NCBI GenBank assembly: GCA_019104935.1
Contig: JAHRWY010000265.1
Span: 2,485 to 66,484 of the forward strand
Length of the DNA stretch: 64,000 nucleotides
Reading direction: 5' to 3'
DNA from: Kaistella sp.
GTDB taxonomy: Bacteria; Bacteroidota; Bacteroidia; Flavobacteriales; Weeksellaceae
The notes under the pieces are model-generated. The model had not been told where the DNA came from. It worked only from the letters and a program-made list of their open reading frames with translations, and made no database searches. This document shows positions 8,438 through 17,403 of the stretch, piece after piece. A program made the translations under genes and the position numbers. The stretch's first letter is position 1; each line of letters begins with the position of its first letter.

Positions 8438-10957
8438 TTACTTTGCGCTCTGTTTCTTTTTTGGCGTTTCTGCAACCAAACCGTCTTTCTCTTCATTCAC
8501 CTTCAGCATGATGGTTTCGCCTTCTGAAAGCTGTTTGTTGACAAGCATTTCGGCCAACAAGTCTTCGATATATTTCTGGATGGCACGTTTCAGTGGTCTC
8601 GCACCGAAATCTTTGTCCCAACCTTTTTCTGCGATGAAATCCTTGGCATCCTGAGAAAGCTCTACATGATAGTTCAGTTTTTCCAGACGTTTGTAAAGTT
8701 TAGACAGTTCCAGATCAATAATCTTGCTGATGTGCTCTTTTTCAAGAGAATTAAAGATTACGATATCATCGATTCTGTTCAGGAATTCCGGTGCAAACGC
8801 CTTTTTCAGAGCATTTTCAATCGTGCTTCTTGCTCTTGCATCGCTGGTCGATTTTTTAGCAGAAGTTCCGAATCCTACGCCGTCACCGAAATCTTTAAGA
8901 TCTCTGGTTCCGATATTTGAAGTCAGAATGATAATTGTATTTCTGAAATCTATTTTTCTTCCTAAAGAATCGGTCACAAAACCTTCATCCAGAATCTGCA
9001 GCAAAATGTTGAATACATCGGGGTGTGCTTTTTCAATTTCGTCTAAAAGCACCACTGCGTAAGGTTTTCTGCGAACTGCTTCGGTAAGTTGTCCGCCTTC
9101 TTCATAACCTACATATCCCGGAGGCGCACCAACGAGTCTCGAAACTGCGAATTTCTCCATATACTCACTCATATCGATACGGATCAAGGCTTCATCAGAA
9201 TCGAAAAGTTCGCGGGCCATTACTTTGGCAAGCTCGGTTTTACCCACACCTGTTGTTCCCAGGAAAATAAATGTGCCAATCGGGCGGTTAGGATCTTTCA
9301 GTCCGGCGCGGTTTCTTTGGATAGCTTTCACCACTTTTTTCACTGCATCTTCCTGGCCAATCACTTTGCCATTCATCATTTCATCCATATGAGAAAGTTT
9401 GTCGAGTTCATTTTTACCGACTTTGGTTACAGGAATTCCACTCATCATGGATACTACTTCGGCAACGCTTTCTTCGGTAACGACTTCTTTTTTCTCCTTC
9501 ACATCTTTGTCCCAGGCCTCCTGAGCAATATTCAGTTCAATCTGCAGGCGTTCTTCCTCATCTTTAAGTTTTCTTGCTTCCAGATAATCCTGAGCTTTTA
9601 CCGCTTTCTGTTTCAGGTCTTTAATTTCTTCAATTTTCTTTTCAAATTCAATGATTTCCGTAGGAACCTTCATGTTTTTGATGTACACTCTTGATCCGGC
9701 TTCGTCCATCGCATCAATTGCTTTGTCGGGAAGGAAACGATCGGTAATATATCGTGAAGTAAGGTTTACACAAGCCAGAATTGCCTCGTCGGTATAGATC
9801 ACGTTGTGATGATCTTCGTACTTATCTTTCACCTGATTTAAAATCTGAATGGTTTCTTCTACCGTAGTAGGTTCTACCATTACTTTCTGGAAACGGCGTT
9901 CTAAAGCCCCGTCTTTTTCTATATACTGTCGGTATTCATCTAAAGTCGTAGCACCGATGCATTGAATTTCTCCCCGTGCCAAAGCAGGTTTAAACATATT
10001 GGAGGCATCTAAACTTCCGGTGGAACTTCCTGCGCCCACGATGGTATGCAGCTCGTCGATGAAAAGAATGACGTCGCGGTTTTTTTCAAGCTCAGTCATG
10101 ATGGCTTTCATTCTTTCTTCGAACTGTCCACGGTATTTTGTTCCGGCAACCAAACTTGCCAGATCAAGTGTAATCACTCTCTTGCCATAAAGTACACGCG
10201 ATACTTTTTTCTGTTGAATTCTTAAAGCCAAACCTTCGGCAATGGCCGATTTACCAACTCCGGGTTCACCAATCAGGAGCGGATTATTTTTCTTTCTTCT
10301 TGAAAGGATTTGCGAAACTCTTTCAATTTCTTTTTCACGGCCAATCACAGGATCGAGTTTGCCGTCTCTTGCGAGCGAGGTTAAATCCCTGCCAAAATTG
10401 TCAAGCGTCGGTGTTTTGCTTTTGCCTGTGCCGATGTTTCCGGTAGGTTTACGCATCTGCCCAAATTCTTCACGCTCTTCGTCATCGTCGTAAGCGCTCA
10501 TTTTCGGATCCTGTCCGGAGTTTTTAAGCATGGTCTGATACTCTTTGGTTACTCTTTCATAATCAATATCATAAGAGCCTAAAATATTGGTTGAAGGGTC
10601 ATCCGACTTATAAAGTATACCTAAAAGCAGATGAACGGTATTAATTTCTGAACCCTGATACTGTCTGCATTCGAGTTCTGACCGTTTTACTGCCTGATCG
10701 GCCATTTTTGTAAAAGAAATCTTATCACTTTCTGCCGAAAACGGATTAAGTCCCGACACCGACATGGTTTCGATTTTTCTTCTAATTTGCGTTAAATCTG
10801 CACCCAGATTTTGCAGGATATCCTTTGCAGAGTTCTCTGTCTTAATCATTCCCAAAAGGAAATGTTCTGTATTAAGAAACTCACTTTGCAAACGTCTTGC
10901 CTCTTTTTTACTTTGTTGGAACACCTGATCCAAACCGTTTGAAAATTTATGATCCAT
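8438..10957 (-). CDS. clpC: ATP-dependent Clp protease ATP-binding subunit ClpC
   Basis: Clp-N repeats, two AAA+ modules (GEPGVGKS, GTTGVGKT), UVR-type middle domain, VGF ClpP-docking loop. Confidence 0.95.
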   Translation of the reverse strand: MDHKFSNGLDQVFQQSKKEARRLQSEFLNTEHFLLGMIKTENSAKDILQNLGADLTQIRRKIETMSVSGLNPFSAESDKISFTKMADQAVKRSELECRQYQGSEINTVHLLLGILYKSDDPSTNILGSYDIDYERVTKEYQTMLKNSGQDPKMSAYDDDEEREEFGQMRKPTGNIGTGKSKTPTLDNFGRDLTSLARDGKLDPVIGREKEIERVSQILSRRKKNNPLLIGEPGVGKSAIAEGLALRIQQKKVSRVLYGKRVITLDLASLVAGTKYRGQFEERMKAIMTELEKNRDVILFIDELHTIVGAGSSTGSLDASNMFKPALARGEIQCIGATTLDEYRQYIEKDGALERRFQKVMVEPTTVEETIQILNQVKDKYEDHHNVIYTDEAILACVNLTSRYITDRFLPDKAIDAMDEAGSRVYIKNMKVPTEIIEFEKKIEEIKDLKQKAVKAQDYLEARKLKDEEERLQIELNIAQEAWDKDVKEKKEVVTEESVAEVVSMMSGIPVTKVGKNELDKLSHMDEMMNGKVIGQEDAVKKVVKAIQRNRAGLKDPNRPIGTFIFLGTTGVGKTELAKVMARELFDSDEALIRIDMSEYMEKFAVSRLVGAPPGYVGYEEGGQLTEAVRRKPYAVVLLDEIEKAHPDVFNILLQILDEGFVTDSLGRKIDFRNTIIILTSNIGTRDLKDFGDGVGFGTSAKKSTSDARARSTIENALKKAFAPEFLNRIDDIVIFNSLEKEHISKIIDLELSKLYKRLEKLNYHVELSQDAKDFIAEKGWDKDFGARPLKRAIQKYIEDLLAEMLVNKQLSEGETIMLKVNEEKDGLVAETPKKKQSAK

Positions 10958-11011
10958 ATTTTTGATTCATTATTTAAGCATGAAGACTGCAACGAATCTT
11001 TCATGCCATAT

Positions 11012-11034
11012 CAAAGTTACAAATACTTTACCAA
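11012..11034 (-). promoter_or_regulatory. clpC promoter region: -7 box plus an overlapping sigma54-like -24/-12 element
   Basis: Minus strand: TTGGTAA-AGTAT-TTGT (11019-11034) overlapping TAACTTTG (11012-11019). Confidence 0.45.
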
Positions 11035-11044
11035 AATTAAATAA

Positions 11045-11057
11045 TGACTTTATGGCA
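11045..11057. promoter_or_regulatory. TGAC-N5-GGCA palindromic site upstream of clpC
   Basis: tgactttatggca; the same motif occurs at 30736-30748. Confidence 0.35.
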
Positions 11058-11116
11058 GGATATATTTTATCATTCCGCTGAAAATGACTACGTTTGTCTC
11101 CCTAAATTTTTTAATT

Positions 11117-11335
11117 ATGAGTCCGGAAATTACCAACTATATCGGCTACGCCGCTTCTTTCTTCGTTGTATTGAGTTTTGTGCTGAAAGACATCAAGAAA
11201 ATCAGAATCGTAAATCTCATCGGATGTATTTTCTTCGTGATTTATGGGATTTACAGTAATTATCTGTGGCCTATTATTATTCCGAATGCCATTCTGTGCA
11301 TTATTCAGGGGTATCATCTGGTAAAAAAAGACTAA
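11117..11335 (+). CDS. small inner-membrane protein (YgjV-like)
   Basis: IGYAASFFVVLSF...IRIVNLIGCIFFVIYG, three TM helices. Start ATG 11117 lies downstream of the -7 box TACGTTTG at 11089-11096. Confidence 0.75.
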   Translation: MSPEITNYIGYAASFFVVLSFVLKDIKKIRIVNLIGCIFFVIYGIYSNYLWPIIIPNAILCIIQGYHLVKKD

Positions 11336-11344
11336 ATTTCTCTC

Positions 11345-12448
11345 ATGAAAGTTCTGGTTAGCGTTTTTAATAATTTATCTACAGACCAACGTGTTGAAAA
11401 GGTGTGCAGAACATTATCCGAAAACGGATTTTCTATCGAACTTATCGGGAATAACTGGGGTGGTTTGCCTGATCTGAAACGCGATTATCCGGTTTCCAGA
11501 ATTATATTAAAATCCAAAATTCTGCGGTATGCTTATGTGGAATTTCAATGGAAACTTTATAAAGAACTGCTGAAGAAAGCTGATCAGGACACTATTCTCC
11601 TTTCGAATGATCTGGATACCTTACTGCCCAATTATCTGGTTTCAAAAAAGCTGAATTTACCTTTGGTGTACGACAGCCACGAGATTTTTACCGAAATGCC
11701 CTCGGTCAACGGCCGCTTTACCCAAAATATCTGGCGGTCATTGGAGTCTTTTATTGCTCCCAAACTGAATTTTATGATGACGGCCAGTGAAAGTTACGCC
11801 GACTGGTTTCATAAGACCTACGGAATTGAAAGACCTGTTGTAGTTCAGAATTTCCCAGTTAAATCCGAAAATCCACAAAACTATTCTAAAATAAATTCAC
11901 CGAAAATAATTCTCTATCAGGGGGTTATCAATCCATCGCGGGGCCTGGATAAGATGATTCCTGAAATGCATAAAATTGAGAATGCAGAACTCTGGATTGC
12001 CGGCGACGGGCCTAAAAAGAAGGAATTTCAGGAATTGACTAAAACTTTAGGTTTGGATGATAAAGTAAAATTTATTGGTAAAATTCTGCCGGAAAAACTC
12101 CGCGAAATCACACGAAAAGCAGATGTAGGATTAAGTATCGAAGAAAATAACGGGTTGAGTTATTATTTCTCAATGCCCAATAAAATATCAGATTACATTC
12201 AGGCAAGGATTCCCGTGGTGGTGTCAGATTTTCCGGAAATGAAGAAAGTTGCAGACCATTTTAAAGCAGGTGAAAAAATCCGGGATTACAACGAACTTGC
12301 AGAAAAAATTCAGTTGGTTCTTAATAATGGGAAACATTCTTATAAAGACGCTTTAAATCATGCGGCCTCACAACTTTGCTGGGAAAACGAAGAAAACAGA
12401 TTACTTGGGCTTTTCGGTAAAATTAAATCCGGAACTCCTAAAAGCTAA
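11345..12448 (+). CDS. glycosyltransferase family 4
   Basis: DQRVEK, VYDSHE, YQG...RGL, SMPNKISDYIQARIPVVVSD. Confidence 0.9.
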   Translation: MKVLVSVFNNLSTDQRVEKVCRTLSENGFSIELIGNNWGGLPDLKRDYPVSRIILKSKILRYAYVEFQWKLYKELLKKADQDTILLSNDLDTLLPNYLVSKKLNLPLVYDSHEIFTEMPSVNGRFTQNIWRSLESFIAPKLNFMMTASESYADWFHKTYGIERPVVVQNFPVKSENPQNYSKINSPKIILYQGVINPSRGLDKMIPEMHKIENAELWIAGDGPKKKEFQELTKTLGLDDKVKFIGKILPEKLREITRKADVGLSIEENNGLSYYFSMPNKISDYIQARIPVVVSDFPEMKKVADHFKAGEKIRDYNELAEKIQLVLNNGKHSYKDALNHAASQLCWENEENRLLGLFGKIKSGTPKS

Positions 12449-12453
12449 ATTCT

Positions 12454-12461
12454 TATCTTTG
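12454..12461 (+). promoter_or_regulatory. -7 promoter element for sufE-GT9
   Basis: TATCTTTG. Confidence 0.55.
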
Positions 12462-12480
12462 CACAAACAGACATTTTAAG

Positions 12481-12900
12481 ATGACCATCAAAGAAAAACA
12501 GCAGGAATTAATCGAAGAATTTGCATTTCTTGAAGATTGGGAACAGAAATACGAATATATTATTGACCTCGGAAAAGAACTAAAGGGACTTTCTGAGGAC
12601 AAGAAAACGGATGCAAACTTAATTAAGGGCTGCCAGTCTAAAGTCTGGATTGATGCCGAGTTCAGGGACGGTAAACTGTTTTTCGAAGCCGATTCCGACG
12701 GTATTCTGCCTAAAGGAATTGTTTCGTTGCTGGTTTCTATTTACAGCGGGCATTCAACCCAGGAAATACTGGATTCCGATTTTGAGTTTATTTCGGAAAT
12801 CGGGCTGCAGGAATTTCTTTCGCCTTCGCGTGCCAACGGCTTGATGGCCATGACCAAGCAAATTAAGTTTTACGCCGTTGCCTACCAACTTAAGAAGTGA
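12481..12900 (+). CDS. sufE: SufE family sulfur-acceptor protein
   Basis: WEQKYEYIIDLG, IKGCQSKVW, ADSD, LSPSRANG. Confidence 0.93.
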   Translation: MTIKEKQQELIEEFAFLEDWEQKYEYIIDLGKELKGLSEDKKTDANLIKGCQSKVWIDAEFRDGKLFFEADSDGILPKGIVSLLVSIYSGHSTQEILDSDFEFISEIGLQEFLSPSRANGLMAMTKQIKFYAVAYQLKK

Positions 12901-13865
12901 TTACCATTTTAGCATACCGTTTTTCAGCTTTTGGCGATGTAGCGATGACAGTGCCTGTCGTGACTGAATTTCTGGAGCAGAATCCCGAGGTGCAGATTGT
13001 TTTTGTAACGCGGAAAAACTTCAGCGATTTGTTTGAAGGTGTTCCTAATCTTATTTTTAAAGGAGTAAATATTGATGATTACAAAGGAGTTTTCGGTCTG
13101 CGGAAACTTGCGAAAGAACTCATCACAGAATTTAAGCCTGATTACGTTGCCGATCTTCACGACGTTATTCGGACAAAAATACTCAACAGAATTTTTAGGC
13201 GGAAAGATTATCCTGTCGCCGTCATCAATAAGGGAAAGGATGAAAAAGAACATCTCACCAATATCTGGAACCTGGAAAAAACACCGCTGAAAAAAACTAG
13301 CGAAAGATATGCTGATGTCTTCAGGGAATTAGGTTTTAGTGTTGATTTATCCCATCAATACAGGACAGTTTCATTACAAAAAAATGGAATCGGTTTCGCT
13401 CCTTTCGCACAGCATGAAGGAAAAATGCTGCCCCTTGAAAAGTCATTCGAACTGGCAAAACATCTTTCAGAAAAATACAGAATATACTTTTTTGGCGGAG
13501 GGAAACATGAGGTAGAAACCCTTGACAAATGGGTTTCACAAATCCCAAACGCTGAAAATGTTGCCGGTAAACTCAGTTTAAAGGAAGAACTGTCAAAAAT
13601 TGCAGGTCTTGAGATCATGATTTCGATGGATTCTGCCAATATGCATTTAGCAAGTTTAGTAGGAACGCGATGCATTTCAGTTTGGGGATCTACACATCCT
13701 CACGCGGGTTTTCTTGGCTACGGACAGAGCGAAAATGATGTGGTTCATATAAAAGATCTTACCTGCAGGCCGTGTTCAGTCTTTGGTGACAAAAAATGTT
13801 ACCGTGGCGATTGGGCTTGCCTTCATGAAATTAATATTCAGCAGGTTATCGATAAAATTAAATAG
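12897..13865 (+). CDS. glycosyltransferase family 9 (heptosyltransferase-like)
   Basis: RFSAFGDV, MDSANMHLA...SVWGST; GTG start overlaps the sufE stop (GTGA). Confidence 0.9.
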   Translation: MITILAYRFSAFGDVAMTVPVVTEFLEQNPEVQIVFVTRKNFSDLFEGVPNLIFKGVNIDDYKGVFGLRKLAKELITEFKPDYVADLHDVIRTKILNRIFRRKDYPVAVINKGKDEKEHLTNIWNLEKTPLKKTSERYADVFRELGFSVDLSHQYRTVSLQKNGIGFAPFAQHEGKMLPLEKSFELAKHLSEKYRIYFFGGGKHEVETLDKWVSQIPNAENVAGKLSLKEELSKIAGLEIMISMDSANMHLASLVGTRCISVWGSTHPHAGFLGYGQSENDVVHIKDLTCRPCSVFGDKKCYRGDWACLHEINIQQVIDKIK

Positions 13866-13868
13866 TGA

Positions 13869-13916
13869 TACAAACAAAAAATTCTTTCAGATTAATGAAA
13901 GAATTTTTTGTTTGTA
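13869..13916. terminator. bidirectional terminator, 21-bp perfect inverted repeat
   Basis: tacaaacaaaaaattctttca-gattaa-tgaaagaattttttgtttgta between convergent genes. Confidence 0.8.
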
Positions 13917-13921
13917 AGGCC

Positions 13922-15004
13922 TTATAAAAATTTGTCACTTTTTCTAACGTTCTTCAGGTCATGGATGTAGTCCTTAATGAGCTGGTCGTTTTCCCGAGGA
14001 CAAATCAGAAGTGCTTTATCGGTATCTACCACAATATAATTCTGTAATCCATCGATAACCGCTGCTTTGTTTTTGTTTTTGAACTGAACGATATTGCCTT
14101 TTGCATTATATAAAAGTACATGTTTTGGATGCACGGTATTTTCGTTTTCGTCTTTATCGTAATTTTCGTAAACCGAAGTCCAGCTTCCCAAATCGCTCCA
14201 GCCTAAATCTGCAGGAATTACGTAAACATTCTTTGCTTTTTCAAGAATGCCGTTGTCGATGGAGATTTTGGTTACTTTGGGATAAATCATTTCAATACAA
14301 CGTTCTTCATCTTCGGTATTGTATTCGCAACTCACAAACTGTTGCGACATTTCCTCCAGATGCGCATCGAAGGCGGCGAGGATTGATTTTACGTTCCAGA
14401 TAAAAATTCCGGCATTCCAAAGAAAATCACCGCTTTCCAGGAAACTTTTGGCAATTTCCAGAATTGGTTTTTCGGTGAAAGTTTTCACTTTAAAATGGTC
14501 TGCATGTTTTTTCTCGATGAACTGAATATAGCCGTAACCCGTATCAGGTCGGGTAGGAGTAATTCCTAACGTGATGAGGTAATCGTTTTTTGAAGCCAGA
14601 TTAAAAGCCAGTTCCACTTTTTGGAGGAACGTAGTTTCTTTCAGAATCAAATGGTCGGCAGGCAGCACAATCATGTTGGCGTCGGGATTTTCAGCCGCAA
14701 TTTTCTTTGCCATGTAGATGTTGCAGGCTGCAGTGTTTTTCATCATCGGTTCACCCACGATATTCTGCGGTTTCAGTTCCGGAAGCTGCTGTTCTGTCAG
14801 CGAAACATATTCTTTATTGGTAATAACGTAGATATTTTCTTTAGGAACAATCTGGCTGATTCTGTCATAGGTCTGCTGAATCATTGTTCGGCCCGTTCCT
14901 AAAATATCCTGAAACTGTTTAGGGAATTTCTGTGTACTCATTGGCCAGAATCGACTGCCGACTCCTCCTGCCATAATAACGCAGTAATTGTTTGATTTAG
15001 ACAT
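13922..15004 (-). CDS. manC: mannose-1-phosphate guanylyltransferase (no PMI domain)
   Basis: VIMAGGVGSRFWP..PKQF, PADH, TGYGYI, FTEKP, WNAGIF, WSDLGSW; start set at ATG 15004. Confidence 0.9.
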   Translation of the reverse strand: MSKSNNYCVIMAGGVGSRFWPMSTQKFPKQFQDILGTGRTMIQQTYDRISQIVPKENIYVITNKEYVSLTEQQLPELKPQNIVGEPMMKNTAACNIYMAKKIAAENPDANMIVLPADHLILKETTFLQKVELAFNLASKNDYLITLGITPTRPDTGYGYIQFIEKKHADHFKVKTFTEKPILEIAKSFLESGDFLWNAGIFIWNVKSILAAFDAHLEEMSQQFVSCEYNTEDEERCIEMIYPKVTKISIDNGILEKAKNVYVIPADLGWSDLGSWTSVYENYDKDENENTVHPKHVLLYNAKGNIVQFKNKNKAAVIDGLQNYIVVDTDKALLICPRENDQLIKDYIHDLKNVRKSDKFL

Positions 15005-15006
15005 GC

Positions 15007-15597
15007 TTAACTTAATTTTTCTACTCTTGCTAAAGGTTTGAAAATATACCTTTTTCCGTTGTCGAGATTCAGGCAAATATAGTTCTTTTTGCGTTTACCT
15101 TCTATGATATAAGTCTGTTTACGGTAAATAAAACGGTCTTCGGTTTCTAAATCTTCGATGTAGGAAGTTTCGTCTTCGTAATTTTCGATGTGGAAGTATT
15201 TTACCAAATCCGGACTCGACATGAAATTGGCTTTCGGTGCTTTCGAGAATTTAAGGATGATCGGTTTTAAATCTTCAGAATAAATGGAAATGCTTTCTAA
15301 AAGCATTGTTCTGAAAGTATTTTTCCATTCTGCACCATGCGGGGAAATACGGTTTCCGAAATTTTCAAAAGCCAGAAGATGCGCCAGTTCATGTGTTAAA
15401 ACAAAAAAGAAAAGTTGCGGCTGCAATGTAGAATTTATCGTAATCTGGTGGGATTTATCCGGCATTTTCCGGTAATCACCCAGTTTGGAATTTCGTGCTT
15501 TTGTGATTTTAATGTGAATATAATGTTCGCCAAACCAGGTTTTGAGGAAAGGCAAAGTATTTTCAGGCAGATATTTTTCGAGATTCGTGATCGACAT
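15007..15597 (-). CDS. SprT-like domain protein
   Basis: RNSKLGDY, HELAH zincin motif, PHGAEWK; start set at ATG 15597. Confidence 0.85.
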   Translation of the reverse strand: MSITNLEKYLPENTLPFLKTWFGEHYIHIKITKARNSKLGDYRKMPDKSHQITINSTLQPQLFFFVLTHELAHLLAFENFGNRISPHGAEWKNTFRTMLLESISIYSEDLKPIILKFSKAPKANFMSSPDLVKYFHIENYEDETSYIEDLETEDRFIYRKQTYIIEGKRKKNYICLNLDNGKRYIFKPLARVEKLS

Positions 15598-15620
15598 GCT
15601 GTAATCCGTATCCTGCAAAA

Positions 15621-16961
15621 TTATAAACTCAGCGGGATACCGGCATAGAAATTAAGCAGTTTCATGCTGAAAAGGTAATTGTATTTCGCCTGGGCAACAG
15701 ATCCTTGGGCATTGGCGAAATTATTTCTGGCACTGTTGAGGTCGTAAACCGTTGACCGGCCTGCAGCAAAGCTTTTTTCGGCAAAATCCAGAGCCAGCTT
15801 CGCGCTTTTCTCTGCTTCGGTTGCTGCAAGATATGCTTCGTAATTACTTTCTGCATCAAACTGAGCCTGCTGTACATTCTGCAAAACTTGTTGTTTTTGC
15901 TGTAGTAAAGTTGTCTTGGCAATATCTTCATTAATTTTCGACTGCTCTACCTGAAGTTTCGTTATTCCTTTATTGAAAATAGGAATATTAGCCGACAAAC
16001 CAAGTTGTTGCCCGAAATTATCTTTGTATTGTGTAAAAAACTGCGATTGCTGAATTGCATTTCCGTTAAGGTCTTTTGCCGGGCTGATGAGGTAAAAATA
16101 TGAACTTCCCAGTCCTGCGTTTGCGGTAACGGTTGGCCAGAACGCAGTTTTGGTCACTTCAGTCTGGGCTTCGGCCGATTTAATTCTGCTTTCTGCAGCT
16201 TTCACCTGCGGTTGGTTTTCGTAGGCTTTAGCGATAATGTTTTCAGCGGTAAAAAGGGGAGCATCAAGCATTCCGTTTACCGGAACTTCCTGAATATCAA
16301 AGTTTTTGTAATCAGGCAGTTGAAGAAGCATTGCCAAAGCAAAAAGACTTCTGTTGGTATTAATTTCCGCAGTTTTTACATTCTGTTTTTCTCTTGCAAG
16401 TGCAGCTTCAGCTTCGGCAAGAACCGTTTGTGGCGTGGTTCCTACTTCGGTAGTAATTTTGGCTCTTTTGTAAAGTCTGTCAGCGTTTTCTAATGCACTT
16501 TCAGAAATTTTGGTAATTTCCCTGTTGAGTAAAACCGATAAATACTGCTGTGCAATCTGCAGCGAAATGTCGTTCTTTATTCTTTCCAGATCAAATTTGC
16601 TGGCTTCGACTTCGAATTCAGTTTTTCTGATATTTTTTTCGAGTCTTCCGTTGTTGTAAACCAGAATATCGGCGCCTACACTTGCACTGTTGCTGAAGTT
16701 ATCGTTTCGGTTGGTCGTACCGAAAACGTCGCGACCCTGCCCGAATGATGCGTTATTATTGATGTTCCCTGAAACAGAAGGCAGATATTGCCGCTTCGCA
16801 ATTTGAAGCGAATTATCCTGCGTTTTGGTATTTAATGTATTCTGAATGACCTGCAGATTATTTTCCACCGCGTAGTTTACACACTCCTGAAGCGACCATT
16901 TCTTCTGGGAAAAAGCTACAAAAGACACAAAACTCAGCAAAAAGACCGCCGTTTTTTTCAT
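15621..16961 (-). CDS. TolC family outer-membrane efflux protein
   Basis: Signal peptide, WSLQECVNYAVENN, two OEP repeats, LSANIPIFN. Confidence 0.92.
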   Translation of the reverse strand: MKKTAVFLLSFVSFVAFSQKKWSLQECVNYAVENNLQVIQNTLNTKTQDNSLQIAKRQYLPSVSGNINNNASFGQGRDVFGTTNRNDNFSNSASVGADILVYNNGRLEKNIRKTEFEVEASKFDLERIKNDISLQIAQQYLSVLLNREITKISESALENADRLYKRAKITTEVGTTPQTVLAEAEAALAREKQNVKTAEINTNRSLFALAMLLQLPDYKNFDIQEVPVNGMLDAPLFTAENIIAKAYENQPQVKAAESRIKSAEAQTEVTKTAFWPTVTANAGLGSSYFYLISPAKDLNGNAIQQSQFFTQYKDNFGQQLGLSANIPIFNKGITKLQVEQSKINEDIAKTTLLQQKQQVLQNVQQAQFDAESNYEAYLAATEAEKSAKLALDFAEKSFAAGRSTVYDLNSARNNFANAQGSVAQAKYNYLFSMKLLNFYAGIPLSL

Positions 16962-16980
16962 AGGAAATTTTAAAGAATAA

Positions 16981-17006
16981 GACGGATATTTTATGAATTT
17001 GTTACA
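16981..17006 (-). promoter_or_regulatory. ECF-sigma promoter of tolC
   Basis: Minus strand TGTAAC-N16-CGTC, 19 nt upstream of the start codon; canonical ECF AAC/CGT architecture. Confidence 0.6.
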
Positions 17007-17007
17007 G

Positions 17008-17394
17008 TTAAGTCTTCAATTCGTTTATTCTTGAAACAATCGGCATTGAAAAGATTCCGCTTTTCTGCAGATAAGTTTCATAGAAAGTCTTTGCTTTCGC
17101 GGCGAACTCAGGGTCCGGATTTTCTTTGTTTTTGAAATAGAACAAGTGCCCGAGAAGCTCAAAATATGGAATATGATGTGCCGTGTCTTTTTCACTTACC
17201 ATTTCAAGAATTTCTTCGGTTGATTTTTGAGCAAGTTCTTCAAAACTTATTTTAAAGGTATCTCTCATGTTGGTCTCGAACACGCGTTCGAGTTCAGTAA
17301 GGTCGCCTTCATTTTTGCCCCCTAAAATCATCTTCGAAAGGAATTCTGAAAACTGTTTTACTATTCTGATGATGTAATCTTTATCGTGTATCAT
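17008..17394 (-). CDS. hypothetical alpha-helical protein (DUF6483-like)
   Basis: N-terminal KDYIIRIVKQF; normal codon usage; 9 nt downstream of spmAB. Confidence 0.65.
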   Translation of the reverse strand: MIHDKDYIIRIVKQFSEFLSKMILGGKNEGDLTELERVFETNMRDTFKISFEELAQKSTEEILEMVSEKDTAHHIPYFELLGHLFYFKNKENPDPEFAAKAKTFYETYLQKSGIFSMPIVSRINELKT

Positions 17395-17403
17395 ATTAAA
17401 TTT

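Noticed and set aside
9089-9694. 201-aa plus-strand ORF inside clpC, and the many other short overlapping ORFs in the track
   Set aside because: These are antisense or off-frame shadows with F/H/S-rich composition, fully overlapping well-supported genes.
11117-11335. Label 'uroporphyrinogen decarboxylase', which I recall being attached to similar proteins
   Set aside because: A 72-aa protein with three TM helices cannot be a HemE TIM barrel.
13869-13916. 21-bp perfect inverted repeat as a MITE or REP element
   Set aside because: It is single-copy in the window, shows no target duplication, and sits between convergent stops like a bidirectional terminator.
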